From: Macrostomum lignano
Lineage: Eukaryota
Reading direction: 5' to 3'
Length of the DNA stretch: 64,000 nucleotides
Assembly (NCBI GenBank): GCA_002269645.1
Contig: NIVC01000799.1
Coordinates: forward strand, 1-64,000
The translations under genes were made by a program, and so were the position numbers. The notes under the pieces were generated by a model. It ran no database searches and was not told the origin of the DNA. It saw nothing but the letters and a program-made list of their open reading frames with translations. This document shows, one piece after another, positions 1 to 12,384 of this stretch (position 1 is its first letter; every line of letters starts with the position of its first letter).

Positions 1-3000
1 GATCACGTGACTGTCTAAATTGAACTTTTCGATTAGAGCTGCAAATAGTACTCGTAAATATTGATCTCTTATCTCGAAGTCCCGTGGCATTAAAGTGCGC
101 TGCACAGTGGGCGCTGCGTACATCTATTAGCCTTGTATATTTGAAGGCCAACAAGCGACATGTGATACTGCTATGGTGACTGTCCTACAGTACTGTTTAC
201 AGCTATCATTTCTACTGTTCGAGATCTTTTAAAGTTTTACTTGGCTGTCTGTATTGTACTGTGGTGTCTAAGGCTGTACCACACTGTAGGGTACTGGATG
301 TCTATACTGAAACAGACTGTCTGTATACTGGATGTTCTCTACTGTAGAATGGTACCAGACTGTCTGTAACTGGTTCTCTATTCTTAAATCATGGTACCAG
401 ACTGTCTGTATGGTAACTGGGTGGGCTCTGCAGAATAGGGAAGGCTACCAGAGTGTCTGTGGGTGCTGGCCTGCTGGGTGTCTCTAGAAGGGTGGCAAAT
501 TCTCAAAGGGCACCAGGGGTGTTCAAATTGGTTGATAAATGGTAAATGGGATGATAAATGGTTGTCGGAGTCAGATGCTACGAGGTATATCATGACCTTT
601 AGTTCAACACGCGCAGTTCATACATACAAAGAATGCATGTAGGCAAGACTCCCCGCTGCAATTCGTATTTTGTGAAAGCTACTATACGAGCTACATTCGA
701 CTTTTGAACCAATGCACTCGGCTTCTTATTAGTACATTAATTTGTATAGACTTCTTGTACTTATGTGGTCTCGGGTCGGGACTTGCGCATTTTAGCCATA
801 GAATTTTACAGCCAGAGTATACTTGTAGTAAGGCAAGTGCACTTGATAACCCCATCGTTAAATACATGCGGACGAGAAATTCTTAATAGAGTAGCTCTAT
901 TTCAAGCTACAAAACATAAAAAATGCGATTGCTTATTTAATCGTTAAAAATTGTACTATTCTGAGCCTGGAATGTGTTGTCTATGGTAATTTTGACAAAA
1001 ACTAGGATATTATATCATACAATCGAAATCAGGAGCAATCGAATTTCATATATGATAAACGCCGTTTATCACAGTCTATGGTTAGAATGTGAATTAAACG
1101 GCGTTTATCATGTACTTCTTAAACTTGTCACGAATCAGTTGTCTATGGCCGAAAAGAAAAGTCAAACATACCATATCATTAAGAAGTACAGTATGACTGT
1201 ATGACTGCCAAGACAGACTTGGACCCTCGAGGCCTTAGGCAGGAAAGTTTCACTCTTGTCTATGGCTAAAACTTTGCCGCCCTTGATCTAATGTACTTTA
1301 TATAGATAAGTTTTTGTATCACGTGTCTGGTTGTCTCACTTATTTTTGGGACTGCTTTTTAGTACATTATATTTAATGTATTCAGTATACGATTTTAAAT
1401 TTTATTAATATTGGTTTGTTTAATTCAATCAATGTCAACTTGGAGCATTTGTACTTGTAAATCAATTTCTATTGAATATTTGAGCCTAGAAAGTAAGATC
1501 GCATCTACAACAGTTTCCCACCAATTTAGACGATTCCTTACCAGTTGTCTGTTTAATTTTAAACCGGTTTTAATTTTTATTTAAACAACATAACACACAC
1601 AAAAGTATGCTTTTCTTCTTTAAAGTTCACAACGTCATTTTTATATTTGATAAAAACGTCCCTAACAATGCTTTTTTAAGTCAGTTCACTTATGTTTTCG
1701 TTGATTTGGTGGTGTCTGTCTGTTTTTTCACCTTTTCTGTAACAAAAACAATTTGTCATTAACAATTGTTGCTTAGGTTTGTTTAGCCGTGTACAGTCAG
1801 TGCCAGCCCGCGTGCGACGACCGCCACTAATGGGCTGAGTCACTAAACATTTTAAAGTAAGTAGTTCTTATCTCATTAATTATTGATTGCTATTGACCAT
1901 CATTGCTTTCAATTTTTATCTCAATTAGGACTCAAAAGCCGGGGGGGCAAGACAGAGTCGGTGCTTTTGAAGTTCTGGCGTGATTTCAAATCAAATATGA
2001 TGCGAGGCTCATGGATTGTTTACTCACTCGTATAGAGTCGTATACTCAGTCAGTACAGTAGATTAAATGTCTAGATGACTGGACCCCGGTTAGTGTGAAT
2101 GTACTTTTAAAATTGTAAAGCTGAATTTTGCACTTGCAGTTGCGCATGGGCCACTATCGTTCTTTTTAATGAAGTACAATGGAACTGATAAAAAATGATT
2201 CGAATAGAGTTCTCTGTATACCGAGAAAAAATATGATTAATGTGTTTATTCTGCTGCTGCACAGCACAGTACTTAATTTGCCCTCTATTTGTGAATTTAG
2301 CTAATTTCATTTAAACCTTCGCAACGCAGAATGAATTCTATAAAGTTCTCTTAGTTTACTTGAAGTGCACTTGACAGCCACCCCACGACTTGGTCTGGCT
2401 GCGCGATTTCAAGACGGCAAGCAGGGTATTGAAGTTCAGAGTCCAATCTGAACGGCTAAATAGATCCAGTAAATTCAGGCCCAGAAAGGACGAAAATATG
2501 ATAGAAAGCAAGTAGCTAATAACTCGTTTTCGTTCCATTGGCATTTTTTAGGACTTCAGGACTTCAGGAAGAGGCGCCGTCTCGCTAATTCAGACGGAGT
2601 GTGGAAGCATTTGTGTTAAGACGGACCGGCGCCCCATTCGTTCTTTTCGTTCCTCAACTTTCCCAGGACCAGCCAATAAAGCGGCTTGCGCCGGTTAAAG
2701 TTCACTTGGCCCTGATTCAGTGCAAGGGTATAAAATGTATTTTCTCTCTCCCCTTCAAGCCTGCCCATGCCCAACACAGAAAGACGCCGCCAACCCCCCT
2801 TAACTTTCAGCCAACCCAAAGCCGCCGCTGTATTTTCGTCACAATAATAAGTGCGCGCCCCCCATTTCCAGTCCAAGCCTTACCCGGTTTCTCCGTAAAT
2901 ACGAGAAGAAAACTTGTTTTCTTGGCGTTCCAAGGTCCAAATCCAGTGTAAGCTACACATATATCTCACTGCTTTACAAACTCAGCGTTCTCCTTATTTT

Positions 3001-3779
3001 TAGCAACTTTTAACAATCCAAGTATAGCAACACAGTTATGATGGTGTACGGACACCCGGCATCTGCTACGGATGGAGCATACTTCCTGCAAAAGTAAGTT
3101 TCTTTTCTTCTCCCTTCTTATCGGTTATCGTTATCGTATCAGTATACTTTTGAAGGTTTCTCTCACTTGGTGAGAACCGAGAAATGTTCCGCTATTTCCT
3201 TAAGTTCCTCGTTTCCTCCTTTTCCAAGTTCAGTTGTCCTTTTATTTTGCTGTCTGTGCTTTTTTTAGACATACTCTCCACCCCGTTGTAGGGAGGAGTG
3301 AGAGGGGGAAGAAATATAGAGGGCAAAAAAGGTCTTTGTTGGCCCTGATTCCCACACCCCCGTCCTTTACTTCTCTCAACCCCCGTCCCCTCAACCCCCA
3401 AATTTGGGGCCCCATCAGCCCTCCACTCACTGACACCGAGCCGTGTTTACGGTTATTGGACTGGGAAACTGGTGAGGTGGGGGTGGGGTAGACTAAACTT
3501 TGTTCGAACCACCCCAACAAAGACTCCAAGTAAAGTATATCCGTGTCCCAAAAGTCGGCCTCCCAGTGGCGCCTCCCAGGACCCCCAGTCTGTGCTAGAA
3601 GGTACATTGGAAGGCCTAGATAGATATAGTTCGAATTTCCTGCCCAGGCCTTCCAGCTCCACTTTTGCGCTCCCAGCGCCCTCCCCTTACCCAAGAAAAG
3701 TATCAATGACTTGTCCTCGGTCTGGGAGACCTGACTTAAATTAAATAGCGGGGGCGCTCTCATAGTCCAAAACTGAATC

Positions 3780-6243
3780 ATGTCGCCAGACAGCCCCCTG
3801 CCGGCCTCCGCCTGTCTAGCCAGCCAAATGCAGCAGCTCGGCACCACCATTTTCAGCTTTCTCTCCTCAGTGAAGCACCCGCCCGATGAGGCCTCGCCGC
3901 CACAGTTCTTCGTCAGCAATTTCAACGGCTTGGCCCATCCGGCTATCGAACCGTTGATGCCCGCCACTCCGATGCCCCCGGCTCCGGCCGCTTCAGCCGG
4001 CGCTCCTCCAGCAGTGACCGGTGGCGGAGGCAGCGGATTTCTGTACAACCTGCTCACCGCGCGCGACGCCTCCGCTGTACAGCAGCGCAGCGCCTTCCAC
4101 GCTGGCTGCGGCGGAGCCTCGCCGGCCCCGACGACTTCCAACGCTGCTGCTGCCGCCGCCGCCGCCTCCGCCGCACCAATGAACGCCGCTGCTGCCGACT
4201 TCCCGCGCCGATCCAACTCCATGGGCAATCCGACCACGCGCCGTGGCAGCGCCCACCTGCTGCCGCCGCCGCCTCCAGCCCTGCAGCCTCGGCAGCACCA
4301 GCCGCAGGGCCAGCAGCTAGCCGGTGGACGACCCTCCTCGGTGCCGCGCGGTTTTAACGCCGCCGCAGCCGCCGCAGCAGCGACCTCAGCCTACAGCGGC
4401 CTGTCGCCGTCGACCTCGTCGCCAAGCGCCTGCGGCTTCACCTCCTCCGAGGAGCCGCTAGACCTCAGCAGCAGCATGCGAGCAATGGCTGCGCAAGAGC
4501 ACCAGCTGGCCATGATGGGCGGGGACGCTGACAGCAGCATGGGCTCGCCGCCGGACCAGCAGCCGATGCTGCGCACCATCTTGAGCCAGGCGGCGCACCG
4601 CTACCAGACCCAGCTGCAGCCTGTCCAGCTGGCCAAGAAGAACGTCATGGTAGCGCAGTCGCACGTGTCCGACTGGCTGCGCAAAGGCTCCGAACTGGTG
4701 CACACCAATGCTGCACTGTTCGGCGCCCTGGACCGGCCTGCCCAGGCTGCTCTGCTGTGCCGAGCCTGGCCAAGCATCATCCAGTTGTACATGCTGGAGA
4801 ACAGCTTCCACTTTGCTGTCACTCCCTGCTCGCACGAACTGGCAGAGGAGCAGCTTAACCAGAATAGCGGCGGCGGCCGCTTGCCAACTAAGAAGTTCGC
4901 CGAAGATCTTCAGCGACTCATCTCGACCGCATCGGCAATTCCGTTTGACAATATGACCTACAATCTGTTGAGACTGGCCGCCATCTTCAAGCGTGAGTCA
5001 ACTGTTCGATAATTTGTCCTATACGGTGCATTGGAACCTTTAGTCAGGGAGTGCGGGTGATTCATTGCATTCGCTCGCTCACTCACGCGCTCGCCCTGTG
5101 CCCCTCTCTGCCTTGGCCCCCCTCCCCCTTAGCCTTAAATTGCGCCTTAGTCACCCTGTGTCTCCCTCCTGTTCCTCTTAAATTAATTTCATTTAAGTCC
5201 CTAGCGCCACTCATACCGATGGATCGCTAGTTTGAGAGAGTAGAAGTATGCGCGGGGGGGTTGCAGTAAGAAAAGAGTCTTGTTGTGTAATGCGAAATGT
5301 GTAATATGCCACATTTGCTACACATGCGCACGCCACACCACGCGCACGCTTGCGTGTTCTCTCCTCTTGTCCTCCAGGCTTTGCCTCACCCCTGCCCTGC
5401 TCCGCAACACTCGCTCGCTCACTCACTCAGCAACCCCCCCCCTCCCTCCGCCCCTCTGTGAGGAGAGGAGGTCACTCACGTGTCTCCAGCGCACAACCTC
5501 AAATCCTGTTTTCCCAGGCAGCATAGCCCATTATTGCACTTTACTTGTGCTATAAGCCAGTGTTGCCTATTCCTTTCCTGTTCAACCAACCCAGGGGTGG
5601 GGGTGGTCGTTTAAGCCCTCCTCCCGTCCTTCCCCCATGGCTTAGTCAGCGCATTGCGTATTGCCTGGGAGAGAGAGAGAGGGCTGACTCACCACTCAGC
5701 ACCCCCCCGGGGGAATTGGCCGGGTCTCGATTTGACCGCTGCGTGAACTTGCTTCGAACTTTATTTTAGCAGCGATTGGGGGAATACCCCCCCCCTCTTC
5801 CCCAACCTCTCTTACACACCCAGTTCGCGTGCCCGTTTTCCCAACATAATTGAGCAAAGGCTATTTTTGGAACTAGAAAAAATCCCCACAATCTTTAATT
5901 TCACATAGCGCTGCCGTACCCAGCCAGCTAATTGAGGGGGCAGAAAGAAGCCGAACTAGCAATGCAATCCGATGCTATGCAAAGTTGACATTTTCAAAAC
6001 TCGTCATTAAATTTTTCAGCCGAATCAGCGCACGAGATTCACCTGCACGAGGTTCAAGAGGAGATTATGAAACACGTGCTGCGCCACTTGGAGATGAAGG
6101 GCATGGCCAGGCACACCAAGGACGCCGTTGCTATGCTGCAGGCGGTCTCAGCAACAGACAAGGACATGCTGGAGAACCTGTTCTGCAGGCATCTGCTCAG
6201 CTTGTCTGTTGACGAGTTCATCAAGACCAAACTCGGCTGCTAG
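3780..6243 (+). CDS. NR0B (SHP/DAX1)-like orphan nuclear receptor, ligand-binding domain only; exons 3780-4992 and 6020-6243 (~478 aa)
   Basis: The ORF has a GFLYNLLT LxxLL box like DAX1/SHP ILY(S/A)LL. PVQL...FGALDRPAQAALLCRAWPSIIQLYMLENSFHFAV aligns by eye to the SHP LBD helices 3-5. Donor AAGC|GTGAGT (4992/4993) and acceptor TTTTTCAG|CC (6019/6020) join in phase 1, giving ...IFKPESAH...LENLFCRHLLSLSVDEFIKTKLGC* (helix 10-12-like). AATAAA at 6380-6385. No C4 zinc fingers in the ORF. Confidence 0.8.
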
Positions 6244-7726
6244 CACTGACTGGTAGCCCCTCCTGACCTTCATTTAGACACCAGCCAAGGTCTCCAAGCC
6301 GAGCAAAGACTTCATTTGGATAAAAAAAAGAAGTAAAAGTTGACTCAGGCGAATATTTTGTTAAAAAAAAATTGGTTATAATAAAGTGCAAATATTTGAA
6401 TTCCTCCTGATAAGATAATGGATTCCGTCAATCACAACTGATCCCGAGTGTTCGCTGTATTTTCCCTCATAATGTTGTGTGCTGTACTTTTTTTTACAAG
6501 AGCCCATCATAAAGCTTAAATTAAGCCCCCTGTCGCGTGCGTTTCATAGCCCGGTTACAAACGCCTCTATCCGTGTTTTTCTCATTCAAACTTATTAAAG
6601 CCGTTCGCGCTGTTGTTTTATTGCGTGGTTTTTTGTAACTTTCCGTGCTATAACTATAATTTGGTATTTTTATTGAATTAATTAATATTTCTGTAATCCG
6701 GTCTGGTTACTAACCTAGCTCAAGCACTACTCGGACTTTTCTGTGTTAAGAAAAGCAGGTTTTGAATTTTGAATTTTTAAAAGTACATAGTTTTGTGTTT
6801 ATAACAATAATAATGTTAATTAATTTCAATTGTCTGCATTTTTTGAGTTTATAGTGCGTGTGTGTCTCTTACTCTGTAAAATTTCCTAGCTGAATTTTTG
6901 CACCTCGTCAAGTATTGTTTTGTATTCAAGGCTAATGTCTACTCGGTACCTGCTTATACATTTCAATTTTTTTTATATACCGCTAATTCAGAGCGAGCTG
7001 TTCTCCTGCTTTTGCTAGGTCTTTTGGAGCAGAAAAATGTATTGTTTTGTTGGCAATTCACTCTTATCACACATTTGTGCACAGACATCCGACACTGTTG
7101 ATTTCTTTGTTGTTGTTGCTGTTGTTGTCTCGCTTTGTGTTTCCCGAGTTAAACAACAAAAAACACATCTTGCGTCAAAAAACAACCATTTGCTTAGTTT
7201 GCTTTGTTGTTTGTTTATTATTAGTTTTGTTTCCTCGTAGTTTGTTGTTGTCAAACGCTCTTGTGTACTTTTGAAATAGACGCGCGCTGTTGAAAATTCA
7301 GTCAGTATAAACTCATTAAATTGACGCTTCTTTGATATGTTTCTATTGATTCGTACGGTATAAGCAGGTCCGGCCATAGACAAAATCTAAGCAAACATTA
7401 CTGTCTATAAGACTAGCTTTTACCATAGACGACAACACGCGGCAGAATAAATAAGAGTGCATGCACTCTATGGAGGCAAATGAAACAGGCATGTACCATA
7501 GACTATCTCAACAGGGAATTCAATATTCATCTGGAAAAGTCCGTTTGGTAAATTCTGTATTGCGTCTTTTACTAGCTTTAACTGCCATGTGAAAGTCAGT
7601 AGAGAACAAATGCACAGTTGTGTGTGTGCATCTGGCCTTGTGACTGCCAACTGCATCCAGATGCGTCCTTCCTTTTGACAGGGGCGTTGCTTTTGAGCCC
7701 CATACATGTATGACAGACATGACCCC

Positions 7727-8110
7727 TCAGACCGACATGATTCCCAGACCGACATGATTTTCAGACCGACATTATTCCCAGACCGACATGATTCCCAGAC
7801 CGACATGATTCCCAGACCGACATGATTCCCAGACCGACATGATTCCCAGACCGACATGATTCCCAGACCGAATGATTCCCAGACCGACATGATTCCCAGA
7901 CCGACATGATTCCCAGACCGACATGATTCCCAGACCGAAATGATTCCCAGACCGACATGATTCCCAGACCGACATGATTCCCAGACCGACATGACAAACC
8001 GACACGACCCCCAGACCGACATAATCCCCAGACCGACACAGACATGATCCCCAGACCGACATGACCCCCAGACCGGTATAAACTCCCAGACCGACATGAT
8101 CCCCAGACCG
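7727..8110. repeat. 17-bp minisatellite (TTCCCAGACCGACATGA)n
   Basis: About 20 direct tandem copies visible. Confidence 0.95.
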
Positions 8111-8899
8111 CTTTTATCCACTGTCATGTCGGTTATCGTACACGCCTTTCGTGTGTTTATTGTTCAAAAAAGAACTTTATTAGTTTAGTACGAATAAATA
8201 CGAGTATAGAAATCTCTCAATCCAGTCTAGCCAGTTTTTTGTGTTGCGCTTCGCTCAACTATGCGTAAATGTAGTACGTAAACAAATAAATGCATGCTAA
8301 AATGCAAGCAAGACAAATGGAATTCGTACATGAATACTTCGTACTTCGTACATTAGTCTGTATTTTTGCTTGAAAATTACTCCACACCGAGACAGTTCGT
8401 GTATCTGGGTACTAGTCAGGGACTTCTAGACTAATAGCTTCTATATAGTTTGAGTATAACTGTAGTGGCTGTCATAGCTGATATATTGTATATCAGGTTT
8501 ATGGTTACCGCTTTGCGGGTGGCACAACCCCATTACTGGATTCGCATTCGACTTATAATTAAATCAAAACTGCCTCACTGCACACTGAACAATCGCTGCC
8601 CCGTGGGTGCCAAGTCCAACTCTTAAATCTGTCTAGTACGTATAATACAGTAATGCTTGCTTATTTTGCTTGCGGGCTTAAGCAAACAATGGCCGGTCCT
8701 GTCTCCTGCATTTGTACTCGGCTTACTATTCTGCATCTAGAGTTAAAAACTCAATCATGTATGCAAGCCGATGCACCAGTCTTTGCTGCCTCAGCTCTCA
8801 GCTCTTTTGCAAGGCCGGGGGCAGCTCCATCACTGTCTGCATTCTTCTGTTTCTATTTTGATTTGCCTTGTGCGTCTGTCATCTGTCGCGGTCCGATTG

Positions 8900-9140
8900 A
8901 CAGCAGCCTCTTCCACCCTCTTTCTCACCCTCTCTCTCAATCTCTCTCACCCACCCTCTCTAATCCTCCCCTTTCTCTCTCATCCTATCTCTTACCCCGT
9001 CTCTCAACCTACCTTTCACCCTCCCCTACCCTCTCTCTTACCTCCTCTTTCTCACCCTTTCCCTCACCCTCTCTCTCTCTCTCTCTTCACCCTCTCTCTC
9101 TTACCCTCTCTCTCATTCCCTCTCTCAGCCTCTATCTCAG
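8900..9140. repeat. CT-rich low-complexity tract
   Basis: Polypyrimidine (CT/CTC) run with no ordered unit. Confidence 0.85.
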
Positions 9141-10337
9141 TATTCTGCATAGATCTCTGTAGCTACCCACTGTACCTCCGAATCAGACTGCCTAGGAGTA
9201 TTAGGAGAAACGCGTACGAATTATTGGAATATTAAAGTGCTTGCGATAAAAATGATTTTAGAAGTGAAGAAGATCTTCTAATAGAGAGCAAACGATACTG
9301 CATGATACTTCAAAGAACTCTAAAAGAAGTAAATAAACTGCCAGCCCCACCGCCTTCTCTATCTTTGGCGCACGCCCAGTCCAAATACAATTTCTGACTA
9401 AACTTGTATATTACGTAATCGCCTTTTTTCAAACTCCAGCCAGCCCTGCAGCTAAGAGCGGACTTAAACGAAGGGTTATGTGGTAGGGCAACTGTCACTG
9501 TATCTGTGCGGGGCTGGTCTCGGACAGCAAGTTATTAGTTAGGGGCTTGGAATTTTCCAACCGGCCGCGGCCTGATCGATGCCAAAATTGCAGCCAGCTC
9601 TCTTGGGGCGTACAGAGAGAGAGAGAGAGAGAGTATCTGAGGGCTAAGGGTTCGCTTGATGAGGGCAAGAGCGGTTTGCCCTCCGCTGAGTCACCCTCAT
9701 TTGGACAGGGAGGGCAGAAATTGGGGTTACGTAACCTTTCTTTTACGGGTGCAATACTATTATGCAATCCAGGGGGCCCAAGCTACATAGTGCTTGCTGT
9801 TCTCTCAATCTCTCCCTATAGAACGGTTATATAGCAAGCCGGGGGCAGTACGAGGAAGAGAAGAAATGTAAAGCAAAAAGAAGTGAGCGAAAGAAGACAG
9901 CAGAGTTTCTGACAGCCAAGGCCGCGCGGCGTCCCGTGACAGCCCTCTCCTTCCTCTAGATGTTGCGTAATCGCTTCTTTTGGACTAAAAGCAGGGAGGG
10001 CGCGGCAAGGGCGGAGTTGGCTAGAACATTAGTCATCGCCGTGGCGGGTTGGGAAGCATTTTCAGCCGAACTAATCCGGCCTGCAGTCGGCTCATTAGAG
10101 TTTTTTAGAACTGGATGCCGATTGCGCAATAATCTACAGTCAGCATTTGACTGTGAGGGTATAAAGCGAATATTTGTACAATTATTGCATAACTATAATG
10201 GAGTTAGTGAATCGGATTTGTTCATTCAAATAGCTGAACCCACCTGCGATTCACTAGGGACAGGTGCATTCAATTTCATGCTACAGGCATCGCTCTACTG
10301 TTGCAGGCATCTTACTTATGTTAGGGCTGTCATACAG

Positions 10338-10860
10338 TCATATTAGTGTCGGGGCTGTCATACGAGTATTAGTGTCGGGGCTGTCATATTAGTGTCGGGG
10401 CTGTCATATTAGTGTTGGGGCTGTCATATTAGTGTCGGTGCTGTCATATTAGTGTCGGGGCTGTCATATTAGTGTCGGGGCTGTCATATTAGTGTCGGGG
10501 CTGTCATATTAGTGTCGGGGCTGTCATATTAGTGTCGGGGCTGTCATATTAGTGTCGGGGCTGTCATATTAGTGTCGGGGCTGTCATATTAGTGTCGGGG
10601 CTGTCATATTAGTGTCGGGGCTGTCATATTAGTGTCGGGGCTGTCATATTAGTGTCAGGGCTGTCATTCTAGTGTCTGTCAGACTAGTGTCAGGGGTGTC
10701 AAACTAGAGTCAGGGCTATCACACTAGTGTCAGACTAGTGTCAGGGGTGTCAAACTAGAGTCAGGGCTGTCACACTAGTGTCAGACTAGTGTCAGGGGTG
10801 TCAAACTAGAGTCAGGGCTGTCACACTAGTGTCAGACTAGTATCAGGGGTGTCAAACTAC
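10338..10860. repeat. 20-bp minisatellite (TATTAGTGTCGGGGCTGTCA)n followed by a related ~51-bp unit (about 3-4 copies)
   Basis: About 15 near-perfect 20-mers to ~10665, then a GTCAGACTAG...-based unit recurring at a 51-bp period. Confidence 0.93.
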
Positions 10861-11449
10861 TAGTAGAATGCACTAATAGTGCCAGAGGCGTCAGAGAAGC
10901 GTCACACTAGCATTACTTTGGTGCCACACCAGCTCGAAAGCATTTCACGGATGTCTAAGTTATTAGTATCAGAAGCGCCTGGAAATCAGGTGCGCTAAAA
11001 ATTTGGGTGGCTCTGCTGTCTCTGGCTGTACCCTCGATTCTCTTCTCTGTCATACAGGATCAACATCCAGTATTGCATTTTCTCACTCTAAACGCATTCA
11101 CATTCATCCGCGTGGTGACTAGCGGTCTATTCTCATAATACATGAACTTGATTTGGTAACTTAGCAATAAATTTGAAGAGGAGCAATGACTCACCGCCTC
11201 GTGCCAATGCTGACTATAGATAAACGGCATTATTTACAAGCTATATAATTACTGAATTTGAATCCGCCCTGCATCTGAGAGCTGGAATAGATAAGCGGGT
11301 TTGAGGCGGGGTGTAATTGATTAGCGATTAAAAATATTTTTTCTGTTAAAAATGGCAATTAAGAATTTATTCAATCGTACTCTTAGATCTCATGATCTCA
11401 TTCCCCATACAAAATCTCATCAATTAAAGTCTGCTTGGATACCATATCT

Positions 11450-11790
11450 CCCTTCCAGATCCCAAATCTCACTCCCAGGTCGCAAATCTAACTTCCATAT
11501 CCCATATTTCACTCCCAGATATCACATCTCCCTCTCAGATCCCGAATCTCCCTCCCAGATCCCAAATCTCACTCCCAGATCGCGAATCTCACCCCCAGAT
11601 GCGAATCTCACCCCCAGATCGCGAATCTCACCCTCAGATCGCGAATCTCACCCCCAGATCGCGAATCTCACTCCCAGATCGCGAATCTCACCCCCAGATC
11701 GCGAATCTCACCCCCAGATCGCGAATCTCACCCTCAGATCGCGAATCTCACCCCCAGATCGCGAATCTCACCCTCAGATCGCGAATCTCT
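11450..11790. repeat. 20-bp minisatellite (CAGATCGCGAATCTCACCCC)n, degenerate at its 5' side
   Basis: About 10 clean copies at 11575-11790, with decayed copies upstream. Confidence 0.93.
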
Positions 11791-12384
11791 TCCAGATGCC
11801 TAGTCTCGATTTCCCTTGAATAATCTACTAACATGTTATTTCCACAGTTGAGTACTGGGGTGTCCTCAGAGGTGAAGCATTAAAGTGCATATTCCCGACC
11901 CGAAGCGGACCCCTGAGTTGCTTCTAATTTTATCTCACCTGCCTCCAATCATTTCACCTGAAGTAAACAGGCAATATTCGGGTTGGCAGTATTTTTCTGC
12001 CTTTCTTACTGGCTTCAACAAGAGTTCTATAAGTGCAAACACGGGTTCCAACTTCCATGGGTCGTGTTTATAACTTGAAGAGTGTAAATACAAAAGCCGG
12101 CGCTGACCCTTCATAATAATCAGAGAGTAGCGCTTCTGAAGTTAGGTGACCGGCCGTGACCCCCTGAGTAACGACCTCTAGGCTCTTATTAACTTCTATC
12201 TCTGATAATGCAATGCTGCATGGGGTCCCACACGTGCCATATTGGGTCCAGGCAGAGTGGGCCGCCTGCTGCGTCATGGTAACTAAATCATGGCAAGAAC
12301 TGAACCACTCGGTTATTAATACTGAATAGGCTAATAGGAAGGACTCTTCCCAGACAAATGCCAGGATAAGGCATTAGTGTGCCA

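Noticed and set aside
3242-4835. Antisense ORFs over the receptor (and similar ones over the LINE, kinase, transporter and NeuroD)
   Set aside because: Shadow ORFs of GC-rich coding sequence with no recognisable motifs.
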